A stretch of 64,000 nt of DNA from Candidatus Bathyarchaeota archaeon. Its GTDB lineage: Archaea; Thermoproteota; Bathyarchaeia; Bathyarchaeales; Bathycorpusculaceae. Positions 38,473-48,531 of this stretch are shown here, piece by piece; position 1 is the stretch's first letter, and the number at the start of each line of letters is the position of its first letter. Under the pieces are notes generated by a model. The model was given only the letters and a program-made list of their open reading frames with translations, made no database searches and had not been told where the DNA came from. The stretch covers positions 1,408,001 through 1,472,000 of the forward strand of contig OY970176.1 in the NCBI GenBank assembly GCA_963707955.1, in the 5' to 3' direction. Both the position numbers and the translations under genes were made by a program.

Positions 38473-40440
38473 TTGTCAGTCAAGCTCAAGAAACCAATCA
38501 ATGTTGTAAAGACTGTTTGCCACAGGGATTGTCCAGATACGTGCTTTGTTGACGTCATTGTTGAAGATGGCAGGATCGTATCCACGACGGGCAGTATGGA
38601 AAGCCCCATAACTCAGGGGTTTCTGTGTCCTCGAGGAGTGGGAGACCCCAAGCGGGTATACAGTGAAGACCGCGTTCTTTATCCTCACGTCAACAATGGA
38701 GGCAAATTTGGACGAGTTTCTTGGTCAGACGCTCTGGAACTGGTTGCCAAAGAATTGACTAGTATCATGGAGAATTACGGCAATGAATCGGTTTTGCTTT
38801 ATGATTATGCGGGCAACCAAGGATGTCTTAGCTGGCAGTTCTCCCAAAGACTATGGCGCGCGTTAGGCATGACGGTTACGGACGGCGCTCTGTGCAGCGC
38901 ATCCGGGCACGCTGGAATCGGACTCCACTACGGGCTCACATACGGCCTCGGATTTGAGGAAGTTCTTAATTGCGGAGCCATCCTGTTTTGGGGAAACAAC
39001 ACAAGAGTCAGTTCTCCTCACCTTTGGGCCCTTTCGCTGAGAGCGCGAAAGGAAAGAGGTGCAACGTTGATATCTATTGACCCTAGAAAGAGCGAGACCT
39101 CCGAATGCTCCGACCTCTGGGTTAACCCTCGCCCAGGCAGCGACGTAGCACTGTCTTACGGAATAGCGCGATGGCTCATTGAACACGATAAACTGGCTGA
39201 GAAATTCATCGAAGAATGGACCACTGGATACGACAAATTCAGGGAAGAAGTAAAAGGCTGGACACCTAGGCGCGTGGAAAGTGCAACAAACCTCGCATGG
39301 AAAAAAGTTGAGGAGCTATGTGAGTTACTCGTTGAGAAACCTCCTGTATGCTTCATGATAGGTCTGGGGTTAAACAAGTCGAGTTATGGCGCAGAGGCCG
39401 TTAGGGCTGTGAGTTTACTACCGGCGTTACTTGGACAGCATCGTGGATTCCACTACAGTGACTCTAGAGGCCGATTCATCGATTGGGGTTATATGAACGG
39501 CAGCAAGATGAGCAGCAAAAAGTCGAAAGTCGTTGAGCAGGTTTCGGTGGGCTCGAGATTAAGCTCTGGTGAGTTCAAGTTCGTTTTCATCAAGGGTTCC
39601 AACCCCGCTTCAACGCTTCCAAACCAGAACGCGGTACGAGCTGGTCTTTCAAGAGAAGACGTGTTTGTAGTTGTTCATGAAACACATTGGACCGAGACCG
39701 CGAAACTCGCGGATGTTGTTCTGCCCGCGGCCACGTATCTGGAGAAATCTGACCTGAATTTCTCTGACCATCACCCGTACACTCGGCTATCTACAAAAGC
39801 GATTGAGCCGCTTGAAGAGTGCAAGGACGAAGTCTGGGTCATGCAACAGCTTGCTGAGAGGTTAAGTTGCCGCGAGTCCTGGGTGTTTGAGGACTCATGG
39901 CAAGCCCTTCGAAAGGCCACGGCAGAGTCGTTTGAAAATGGAAGCTTCGATGACTTACTCAAAGGGGAGACACTGAAACTCCGGCAGCGGCCCACGAATG
40001 AGTATCAGACGCCTTCAGGGAAGATCGAACTATATTCTTCAGGAGCCCTGGAAGTAGGTGCGAGTCCCCTGCCAGCGCAGCTGCCAATCAACGGGGATGA
40101 AAGCTGGTTTACCCTACTGAACAGCTCTCTTCCCAATTGGACCCACAGCCAGTTCAGAGACGTTTACGGTCCGATTCCAGAGATCGTGTGGATCAATCCT
40201 GTTGATGCAAGTAGTCTTGGGATAGAGAACGGAGATGACGTTACCATTTTCAACGAGTTTGGAGCACTAACTGTCGAAGCAATCACAACCGAAAGGGTCT
40301 CCAAGGGAGTTCTGTGGTCGCCGAGACCTTTGACTGGGAAAAACGGTGTTCCATTAAACAGCTTGGCATCAAGTAATCCACAGATTCTTGGTGCAGGCCC
40401 TCGGTTTAACTCAATCAGAGTTAAGATCAAAACTAGTTAG
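38473..40440 (+). CDS. molybdopterin-dependent oxidoreductase (DMSO reductase superfamily)
   Basis: CHRDCPDTC...CPRG Fe-S motif, ADVVLPAATYLEK, TPSGKIE, INPVDA. Confidence 0.93.
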   Translation: MSVKLKKPINVVKTVCHRDCPDTCFVDVIVEDGRIVSTTGSMESPITQGFLCPRGVGDPKRVYSEDRVLYPHVNNGGKFGRVSWSDALELVAKELTSIMENYGNESVLLYDYAGNQGCLSWQFSQRLWRALGMTVTDGALCSASGHAGIGLHYGLTYGLGFEEVLNCGAILFWGNNTRVSSPHLWALSLRARKERGATLISIDPRKSETSECSDLWVNPRPGSDVALSYGIARWLIEHDKLAEKFIEEWTTGYDKFREEVKGWTPRRVESATNLAWKKVEELCELLVEKPPVCFMIGLGLNKSSYGAEAVRAVSLLPALLGQHRGFHYSDSRGRFIDWGYMNGSKMSSKKSKVVEQVSVGSRLSSGEFKFVFIKGSNPASTLPNQNAVRAGLSREDVFVVVHETHWTETAKLADVVLPAATYLEKSDLNFSDHHPYTRLSTKAIEPLEECKDEVWVMQQLAERLSCRESWVFEDSWQALRKATAESFENGSFDDLLKGETLKLRQRPTNEYQTPSGKIELYSSGALEVGASPLPAQLPINGDESWFTLLNSSLPNWTHSQFRDVYGPIPEIVWINPVDASSLGIENGDDVTIFNEFGALTVEAITTERVSKGVLWSPRPLTGKNGVPLNSLASSNPQILGAGPRFNSIRVKIKTS

Positions 40441-40463
40441 CCGCGCGCTAAGGTGTTTCCGAC

Positions 40464-41180
40464 ATGAAAAACGTGTTACTGTTCGACCTCGGCAATACAC
40501 TAGTCCAATACTATGATGTGCGCGATTTTCCAGCTATTCTCAAGCAAGCCATCATCGAAGTACAAGACTACCTTTCCCAAAATGAACTTCTCCACGTTTC
40601 TGAGGATGGTTTATGGTGTAGGGTAAGAGAAGAAGATCACGAATCTAGCGACTACCGTGTTAGGCCGCTCGAGGAGCGGTTGGCGCGAATTTTCGAACTT
40701 GACAACTTGCCCAGCGATAGCCGCGTTGCAGTTGCCATGTGTAGGTGTTTCATGAAGCCCATATTTGGTCGAGGTTACTGCTATGAAGACTCCTTGCCAG
40801 CTCTCAGGGAGCTGAGGGAAAAAGGCTACAGAACGGCGATTATATCTAACACGAGTTGGGGAAGCCCAACCTATCTCTGGCGGGAGGAGCTGAACCGTTT
40901 GGGGTTGAGCACATGCGTGAACACAGTTGTGTTTTGCAGAGATGCAGGGTGGCGAAAACCTGCTAGACAAATCTTCCTTTACGCTCTGGAGAAGCTGTCT
41001 GCTCTTCCTCAAGACTGCGTTTTTGTGGGTGACGAACCGAAGTGGGACGTAGTTGGACCTCGAGCTGTTGGAATAACGCCAATACTCATTGATCGGTCAG
41101 GAGCAAGACAGTCCTCTGTTGAACCGAAACCCATCAGGACCCTTAACGAGCTTCTACACAGCTTGAGACTCTTAGAGTAG
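40464..41180 (+). CDS. HAD family hydrolase
   Basis: FDLGNTL, ISN, RKP, FVGD...D. Confidence 0.92.
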   Translation: MKNVLLFDLGNTLVQYYDVRDFPAILKQAIIEVQDYLSQNELLHVSEDGLWCRVREEDHESSDYRVRPLEERLARIFELDNLPSDSRVAVAMCRCFMKPIFGRGYCYEDSLPALRELREKGYRTAIISNTSWGSPTYLWREELNRLGLSTCVNTVVFCRDAGWRKPARQIFLYALEKLSALPQDCVFVGDEPKWDVVGPRAVGITPILIDRSGARQSSVEPKPIRTLNELLHSLRLLE

Positions 41181-41369
41181 TCACGGAATAGTGTTTAGAA
41201 ACCTCGAGCAAACAGATCTCACTCCTCATCTACCGTGTAAACCGATCGTCATCTCTGAACTTTTCCTTCTGGAACTTGAAGAATCAAAACTTCTGGCTTC
41301 CGAGTAGATGTGCCTATCAGAAAGCGCGCGCACCCTTTGACCTGGCTGTAGTCAATTATGATTCTGTGT

Positions 41370-42197
41370 TCAAGCTTTAACATCCGGTTCAGAAGCCATG
41401 CGTCTCAGGGTCTCAAGGAACTCTCGTGGCGCCATTGGAAGGACGGGTTTCCCATTTAAGTAGGTTGCAACGTACGTGATCCGTCTGCGAATGGCCTCTT
41501 CAGGGAAATCCCATAGGTTGCATTCTTCGATTGGTATTTCTTTGTTCACTCTTCTGATTTCGGCCTTTATCATTTTCTCATTCGTGTGCACGCAGTACTG
41601 ACAAGTGGGTTTGAAAAATATTTTGACGCCACGTTCTTTCACGGTTCTGGGTTTTGAAGAAGGAATATCCAATTTCACATCCTTGACAGTATCAGACAAG
41701 GGAAGAACAAGCCCAACATCTGCGTTGCCCTTGATTCTTCTGAAACCCTTGTGTTTGAAAAGTCCCACTTGCGTGTATCCATGGATCTTGCTGGCTGATG
41801 TTACAAGCATCCGGCAGGGGACTTGGCGAAAGAACTTGTTCGGTCTTGACATTTCATTTATTACTGAATCCAAGAGAGCTGAACCGACGCCCCGGTGCCT
41901 GTATCTCTTTGGAACATACATGCAATGAATATAGAGGGCATCTCTCCTCTTCGTCCTGAAGTATGGAATCACATGAAGCGGAGTATACTCGATCGCCCCA
42001 ACGGGCTTGTTCGCGATGTAGGCGATTTTGGCGCACGGACCCACTGTTCTATAGAGATTCATCAACCACTTTTTTCTTATTTCACAACCTTTTCGGTAGC
42101 TCGATTCATTTCTTACGCTTGGAAATGCGCAGACATCCAAGGCATCATCAACATTCTTCTCATCAAGATCTACTACGGTTATGCTCGTATCTCGCAT
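41370..42197 (-). CDS. GNAT acetyltransferase with C-terminal thioredoxin-like domain (YoaP-like)
   Basis: IHCMYV..YRHRGVGSALL; C-terminal CQYC. Confidence 0.85.
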   Translation of the reverse strand: MRDTSITVVDLDEKNVDDALDVCAFPSVRNESSYRKGCEIRKKWLMNLYRTVGPCAKIAYIANKPVGAIEYTPLHVIPYFRTKRRDALYIHCMYVPKRYRHRGVGSALLDSVINEMSRPNKFFRQVPCRMLVTSASKIHGYTQVGLFKHKGFRRIKGNADVGLVLPLSDTVKDVKLDIPSSKPRTVKERGVKIFFKPTCQYCVHTNEKMIKAEIRRVNKEIPIEECNLWDFPEEAIRRRITYVATYLNGKPVLPMAPREFLETLRRMASEPDVKA

Positions 42198-42368
42198 GTT
42201 ACGATAAGTCCCCTTTCACTCCGAAAACTGTTTTGGTTAAGACCAAGATTGTCGGCTAATACGCAGACTGAAACACATTATGATGCCAGCTACGATTGTT
42301 ACATAGTGCACACGAAGATCAAGGTCTTCCCGTCGAAAACGCTCAAAATCTAGCCTCAATTGGTAAAA

Positions 42369-42500
42369 TGGCGCCGGGGAAGGGACTCGAACCCCTGCGA
42401 GCCCGAAGGCCCACTGGCTCACTTGTCATCATCTATCTGGACCCTTTTTTCCTTGCGAATGATCTCGAGGCCAGCGCGATAACCGCTCCGCCACCCCGGC
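42369..42500 (-). tRNA. tRNA-Ser(CGA) with a 44-nt intron at 37/38 (about 42420-42463); CCA encoded
   Basis: GCCGGGG/CCCCGGC acceptor stem, CTGGC-CT-CGA-G^A-GCCAG anticodon arm, long variable arm, GGTTCGAGTCC T-arm. Confidence 0.95.
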
Positions 42501-42586
42501 ACTGTCTAGAACTTCTGAACTGCGCCTTTTAGCTTTATCCCGTTAAGAAGCGAATCAACGCCCATGTCCTATTCATTACTCTGCAG

Positions 42587-43405
42587 TCATCTTGAGCACG
42601 CGAGCGATGGAAACAACCACCGCTTCTTCTCTCTTCTCTTGAGCGCATCCCACTTGCTTAGAATTTTGACGGCTTCGTTTGCGATTTTGATGGCGTTCTC
42701 CTCTCCTGCCCCACTCATGGACTCACCCGTAAGGCGATTGGCGTAGACTGCGCATACGGAGGCTGCTCTCAACCCGAAAAGACTTGCCAAAACGTACAGA
42801 GTTGCCGTTTCCATCTCAAAGTTTAGCACTCTGGCCTTCTGAAGCGTGGGAAGCAGGTTTTCTGTACCTGGAAAGAATGCTACGGGTGTTTTGCGGCTTT
42901 GTCCAGCGTAAAAGTCCGCGGTTGTGGCTGTTATGCCAACGTGGTAGTTGCCTATGCCTAGTGTTTCGGCAGCTTCAATTAGGGCCAGTAAGGCTTCATA
43001 GTTTGCCACGGCAGGATACTCCGGGATGATGTAGCAATTGCTCGTGCAGTCGAGGCGTACGGCGGAGGAGGAGATTATTATATCGCCGCAGTTGATGTCG
43101 TTTTGTATGGCTCCAGTGCTGCCGACTCGGATGAAGGTTTTTACGCCGACGTTGGAGGCCTCGTTGACCGCGATGGCCATGGAGGCTGGGCCTATGCCGC
43201 TTGATAACGCTGAAACTTGAACTCCCTTGTATTTGCCAGTAAAACTCCGGAACTCACGGTGGGTCGCAATTTCTCTTGCTGAATCCCAAAACTTGGCAAT
43301 CTTCGGAACACGGTCAGGATCGCCGGGTACGAGTAGGTACTCAGCTAAGTCGCCCTTCTTGCAGGCTAGATGATATTGCTCGGTGTCGGAAGCTGTTGGG
43401 TGCAC
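42587..43405 (-). CDS. udp: uridine phosphorylase
   Basis: PGDPDR, HREF, GIGPAS, IRVGSTG, FYAGQ, NFEME. Confidence 0.93.
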   Translation of the reverse strand: MHPTASDTEQYHLACKKGDLAEYLLVPGDPDRVPKIAKFWDSAREIATHREFRSFTGKYKGVQVSALSSGIGPASMAIAVNEASNVGVKTFIRVGSTGAIQNDINCGDIIISSSAVRLDCTSNCYIIPEYPAVANYEALLALIEAAETLGIGNYHVGITATTADFYAGQSRKTPVAFFPGTENLLPTLQKARVLNFEMETATLYVLASLFGLRAASVCAVYANRLTGESMSGAGEENAIKIANEAVKILSKWDALKRREKKRWLFPSLACSR

Positions 43406-43472
43406 TCTCTCTCACCAAAACTAAGATTAAGCGTTTGAGACTTAATAACAGTGGGTTCGGAGAAACTGCCGC

Positions 43473-43748
43473 TTGTCTGACGAACGCAGAAGGACAAAAT
43501 ACGACATCTACGCAGACATCATAGAGATGGTTGCTCGGAAGGGGGTGTGTTCGCTGACAAGGGTCTCTTATGGAGCCAACATGCCAGTTGATCGAGCTAA
43601 GAAAGAGCTCAACTTTCTGGTCGCTCACGGTTTCATCAGTGAAGTAAACCTAGAGGATTCGAAGAAGTACCGAGCGACGAAGTGGGGGCTGGAATACTTG
43701 GAGACATTCAAGCGCATGCGCAAATTCTTCGCTGCACTGGAAGAGTAG
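43473..43748 (+). CDS. winged-helix transcription regulator
   Basis: RRTKYDIYADII, TRVSYGANM, YRATKWGLEYL. Confidence 0.85.
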   Translation: MSDERRRTKYDIYADIIEMVARKGVCSLTRVSYGANMPVDRAKKELNFLVAHGFISEVNLEDSKKYRATKWGLEYLETFKRMRKFFAALEE

Positions 43749-43853
43749 GAAGCCATACAACTTGTGACTACAAGGCGTGTTCTCTTGATGTGCGTCGCCT
43801 TTTAAGGTGTCTAACGACTCACTCCTTCTCATCTGAATAACGAGGTGGTAAAA

Positions 43854-44078
43854 ATGAAAGCTCAAACAAAGGGTGAGTTGGATTGGAACAAGAAGGAACT
43901 AGGGAAGCTCCATAAGCTCGGTATCTTGAAGAGGACTGGTGCGTCGAGAAAGCCAAGGTCAATCTCCATAGTATCTGCAAGTGACACAATGGAAGAACGA
44001 GGCTATTCTGGTACGGCTGTCCAATTCGCAAGTGCAGTGGAAGTCTCCCTTCTCAGAAGGACACAGGCACTTCAATGA
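43854..44078 (+). CDS. hypothetical protein, possibly degraded
   Basis: GAGGTG SD before ATG; no recognisable family. Confidence 0.3.
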   Translation: MKAQTKGELDWNKKELGKLHKLGILKRTGASRKPRSISIVSASDTMEERGYSGTAVQFASAVEVSLLRRTQALQ

Positions 44079-44148
44079 ACAAGTCAGTCACTATATGTGA
44101 GTACGCCTTTTAAAGCGAAGTTGGAATGTAGACAAGTAGGCGTAGAAA

Positions 44149-45371
44149 ATGAACAGTAGCAGAGTGTCTATTCCATCAGGTACGACGGTGACACTGGACA
44201 TTGTAAACGGCGACTTAGAAATTGGCGAGCATGCGACTGTCAAGGGTGCGGGAAGCCGCCAAGAGTCAAGGTCTATGGAACGGTCTACTGTAAGGGCCAC
44301 AACACCTTTGATTGCACTTTGTCCGCTCAAGAGCTTGAAGCTGAGGATTCCGTGACGATTCAGGGCGACTTGGAGATAGATAAGGGCGTTGAAGTTGAGG
44401 AGGGCCGCCTCGCAGTCTACGGGAGGATGACTGCAAAGGATGTTGATGTGGACCACGCGGTGTACGTGAGCAAGGATTTCATGGTAGAAGAGGTAGATGT
44501 GGGAGGAAACCTGGAGGTTGGGGGAAACACTAAAGCCAAGGCCATAGAAGTCGGCGGGACTTTCGCGGCAAAGGGCGAGGTCACCGCACGCAACGTGGAA
44601 GTCGGAGGAAGCCTCGTAATCGAATCTAAAGTCGACATAGGGAGCCTAAATGTTGGAGGGGCGGCAACCGTTGCAGGTGGAAGAATTCTTCAGGTAGACG
44701 TTGGCGGTACCTTCAGGTCAACGGACTCCTTAGAATTCGAGGACATAGACGTGGGCGGCACGGTAAATCTCGCCGGCAAGAACAAGGGAAGGGACATCGA
44801 GGTGGGGGGAACGCTGAAAGTTAAAGGTGATTTGGAGTTCAAAGAGGTTGAGGTGGGCGGTACGATAGAGATTGAAGGCTTGGCCCAGGGCGCAGGAATG
44901 GAGGTCGGGGGCACAGTGGACGTCGATGGGTCTCTCAAGCTTTCAGGATCATTAGAGGTCGGTGGCAGAGTGGACGTCAGCGGAGAGGTCAGCACAGGAA
45001 GCATCGAAGTGGGTGGGGCCTTGCGTGCGCGAAAGGCTACAGCCATAGAACACGTGGAAGTCGGAGGTTCGATAAACACTGGTGAAGGTGTCACAGCACG
45101 TTCTGTTGAGATAGGAAGCAGAGGCAAGGTTCATGGACCTATAAAGGCAGATGAAATCGTAGTCGGTAAAGGTGCCGAAGTAGAAGACCTCTACGGAAAA
45201 CACGTTCTGCTGAGAACTGAGGCGAGCGCAGAGAACGTTTACGGTGAGAACGTCACGGTGGAATCCTACTGTAACATAAGGGGCGAAGTGCAGTACACCA
45301 ACGAGTTGAGGCAGGGTGAACGCGTTTCTCTGGCCAAAGCACCGCGGAGAGTAGATGAGCTTCCTCTTTGA
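44149..45371 (+). CDS. long bactofilin-like (polymer-forming) beta-helix repeat protein with a frameshift near 44255
   Basis: More than a dozen I/V-E/D-VGG repeats at ~15-18 aa spacing; the N-terminus at 44149 joins the main frame via PPRVKVYGTVYC. Confidence 0.8.
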
Positions 45372-45384
45372 AGGAGCAACAGCA

Positions 45385-46383
45385 TCAAGGTTTTTTGGGA
45401 ACCGCCAAGTCAGATATGTCGACACTGTGTTCGTATATCTGCCTCAGAAAAGAGGCCACCGCGAGGATCTGAGGTACAACGTCAAGCGACTGTGCCTGAG
45501 CCAGTTCTTCAATGTTTGCGAACTCCTTCTCAACCTTGTCCCGCGTGCTCCGCACTTTTTCGGCCAAGTTTATGTTGCCAGAGAGAAAAGCGTTCAAGGC
45601 CTCTTCATGAGCCTCGAAGCAAACCGCCTGAAGGCCCGTGAACAATTTTCCGAGGTTCTTACTTATTTTTAGACCTTCTAGCTCAACGGTCTTCTGCGCT
45701 GCTCGGACGCATTCGTCCCCGATGGCCTCTACCAAGCTGGCGGCCAAGCGGTAATCGAGGCACTCAATGGGGCCCACACCCAGCTTCTCACTGAGACTCG
45801 GGTTCTGTATTATCGTGCGCAAAATGCGGACAAGAAGGAAGTACAGCCTGTTACCCTCATCGTCGCGGGCCATAACACTCTTCGCCAATTGCACGTCTCC
45901 CTCAACAAAGGCGTTGACCACGTCTCGGTGCATCCCCGCGGCTATCGCGTACCCCCGTCGCAGAATCTTTTCAGGAGGAAAACCAGAGGGCTCCAACAAA
46001 CACTGCAGAACAATCCCAGAATGATCTTCCTCAACAATCTCCAACCCAACCAAATGGCTAACAGTGCTTTTCACAGCCTCCCGAACCTCAAAGCCCAAGC
46101 GTTCCCTCCCCTCAACCCGAACAACGTCAAAGCCAAGCAGGTATTTACCTATGATTTCACGGCCCAAGTGGGGCCCTGGCTCCAAGACCGCAGTCCTAGG
46201 TGAGGGCTCCGCACCGTATCTCGCGTCGACGATAAGCTTGCCGTCGGCAGCCTCACTGATGCCAACCACCGCTCCACGCTGCAAACCATTCCGCTCCGCC
46301 CAAGCCTTCGGCAAGCAAACGAAGAAAGTGCCTCCGGGCGTGCGCTGAACCTTGCGCAGATCACTCATCTGTTCCGACCTCAT
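45385..46383 (-). CDS. phoU: phosphate uptake regulator PhoU with N-terminal AbrB-like domain
   Basis: RKVQRTPGGTFFVCLPKAW, RDDEGNRLYFL, EAIGD. Confidence 0.9.
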   Translation of the reverse strand: MRSEQMSDLRKVQRTPGGTFFVCLPKAWAERNGLQRGAVVGISEAADGKLIVDARYGAEPSPRTAVLEPGPHLGREIIGKYLLGFDVVRVEGRERLGFEVREAVKSTVSHLVGLEIVEEDHSGIVLQCLLEPSGFPPEKILRRGYAIAAGMHRDVVNAFVEGDVQLAKSVMARDDEGNRLYFLLVRILRTIIQNPSLSEKLGVGPIECLDYRLAASLVEAIGDECVRAAQKTVELEGLKISKNLGKLFTGLQAVCFEAHEEALNAFLSGNINLAEKVRSTRDKVEKEFANIEELAQAQSLDVVPQILAVASFLRQIYEHSVDISDLAVPKKP

Positions 46384-46914
46384 TACGACACGATACTCGA
46401 GACGAGAATATTAAAACATCTGAAAGAACCCTTCATGATGGCACCCGCCCGCGTCAAACTAAACGACAACCCATCAATTATGGGAAATTCTCGCGTTGCT
46501 GCCTAGAAGGGCGAAGGGCAGGCGCGTAGACAAGCTCTGAGCAGGGCAGATGGAGCTGGAAGACGGCGTGATGGTCGAACATATTGAAAAGTCACTACCC
46601 TTGCGATGGCTATGCGTCAAGCCCTCCGAATGCGCTTGGCTTCGACCCCGCACCAAGTCGGAAGGGCCCTCTCCAACGCCCACGTGCAGTACTAGTACCC
46701 TAGGGGGGAGGGTGAAATAGACGAGGCCGAAACACGAATACAGGGATGTAGCGTATCCAGCGCAGTATGAAGTGAGAGCACAAGCAGGGCAATGTTGTTC
46801 AGGACCAAACGCGTTAATAGCAGAAAGAGGGAATAAAAGCAGCAAGTAATCCACCCAACTTCACTGCAAGGATCCATAAATCGGAAGGATACGAGAAGGG
46901 AGAACCTACAAGCC

Positions 46915-48480
46915 ATGAGCGAACCGGAAAAACTCCAGAAAGCCGTAGAACTCACAATCGCTGCAGGCTACCAGCTGAACAAGGAAGCCTTCGAATTCCT
47001 AAGCATGGTAGCCACAACCGACGACCCAGCGAAAATCATGGTCAAAGCAATCCAGCAGATCGAAAGCCTTGAAGAGAAACCCTTCTTCATAGACCGGTGC
47101 TTCCTGGAAGAGTTGCTCAAAACGCCAGAACGAGCAGAGGGAAACGGCGCCCAGCCGTCAGAAGAACGCCTCCAACAAACTCTAGGGGTGCAAGCGCCGC
47201 AGATAACTGAGGCCAAGACGCCCTTCCGCCCATACTCGAAAGACGTTGAAGCCGACATGAAAGTGATCGAAGACCCAGGCTCAAAAATAAGCTCAGCCGG
47301 GACGATCGAAGACTACCTAGGCTACTTTCAAGATAGGTTCAAACAGCTAGAAAAACTGCTAAGACAAAGGATGGACGTCAAAAGCGCAGCCTCGGTCTTG
47401 GACGCAGTGAAGGCCCCATCAAACACGCGACTCAAGATAATAGCAATGGTCACAGAGAAGAGAGAGTCCAAAGAGAAAACGGTGCTGACCGTTGAGGACC
47501 TCAAGGCAAGCGCCATCGTTCTTGTAACACAGAACGCTCCACAAGACCTCCAGAAAAAGGTGCGAATGCTCCTGCTCGACCAAGTCATCTGCCTCAGCGT
47601 CGTCAAGACCAGAAGCAGCTTGCTCGTTGCCGAAGACATAATCCTACCAGACATTGCTCAGAGACCCCAACACAAAGCAACGGCACCAGTCTACGCAGTC
47701 CTCACATCAGACATGCACGTAGGCAGCACACAGTTCACGAAAGAAGCGTTAAACCGCTTCACGCTGTGGCTGAACGGCAAATACGGCGACGACAGGATGA
47801 AGGACATAGCAAGCCACGTCAAATACGTGCTAATCGCAGGGGACATCGTCGACGGAATCGGCGTCTACCCGAACCAAGCAAAAGAACTCGTAATAAGAGA
47901 CGTGAACAAGCAGTACAAGTTTGCCTCAAAGTACATCGAGCAAATCCCCGACTATGTGGAAGTAATAATCACGCCCGGCAACCACGATGCTCCCCGAAAA
48001 GCCCTACCGCAGCCAGCAATATCCAGCTCCTTCCTAGAAACACTCCAAGAATCGAGAAGGGTCCAATCCCTAGGTAGCCCTTGCACCCTAAGCCTCCACG
48101 GCGTAGAAGTGCTCATGTTCCACGGCCGCAGCCTCGACGACATAATCTCCACCGTCCCAGGCATGAGCCACAGCCACCCCGAAAAAGCTATGCAGTTGCT
48201 ACTCCAGACCCGACACCTAGCACCGCTGTACGGCGGTAAAACACCCCTGTCGCCGGAGAGCAAAGACTTCCTCGTTATCGACCGCGTCCCAGATATCTTC
48301 CATGCTGGGCACGTGCACGCACTCGAATACGGCAACTATCGTGGAGTGTTGATCGTAAACTCAGGCTGTTGGCAAAGGCAGACCGGCTACATGCGCAGGA
48401 ACGGCTTTGTTCCGACACCCGCAAAGGTTCCCGTGGTAAACCTTCAAACCCTAGAGGTCACCGTCATCCCGTTTGACTAA
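46915..48480 (+). CDS. polB: DNA polymerase D small subunit DP1
   Basis: SDMHVGS, AGDIVDGIGVYPNQ, PGNHD, HGRSLDD, RHLAP, GHVH. Confidence 0.97.
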   Translation: MSEPEKLQKAVELTIAAGYQLNKEAFEFLSMVATTDDPAKIMVKAIQQIESLEEKPFFIDRCFLEELLKTPERAEGNGAQPSEERLQQTLGVQAPQITEAKTPFRPYSKDVEADMKVIEDPGSKISSAGTIEDYLGYFQDRFKQLEKLLRQRMDVKSAASVLDAVKAPSNTRLKIIAMVTEKRESKEKTVLTVEDLKASAIVLVTQNAPQDLQKKVRMLLLDQVICLSVVKTRSSLLVAEDIILPDIAQRPQHKATAPVYAVLTSDMHVGSTQFTKEALNRFTLWLNGKYGDDRMKDIASHVKYVLIAGDIVDGIGVYPNQAKELVIRDVNKQYKFASKYIEQIPDYVEVIITPGNHDAPRKALPQPAISSSFLETLQESRRVQSLGSPCTLSLHGVEVLMFHGRSLDDIISTVPGMSHSHPEKAMQLLLQTRHLAPLYGGKTPLSPESKDFLVIDRVPDIFHAGHVHALEYGNYRGVLIVNSGCWQRQTGYMRRNGFVPTPAKVPVVNLQTLEVTVIPFD

Positions 48481-48531
48481 AAACATGAGCAGTTAACCGC
48501 CAGCATCGGGAATACGAGGAGGGCCCAAGCC

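Noticed and set aside
26800-42300. Integron cassette array (small GNAT/HAD/MazG genes, occasional GTTAG/CTAAC near the CG tracts)
   Set aside because: Genes have mixed orientation, no full attC hairpins with paired R''/R' boxes are evident, and there is no IntI.
46480-46860. RNase P or SRP RNA
   Set aside because: No GAGGAAAGUCC-type CR-I with a matching P4, and no SRP helix-8 motif on either strand.
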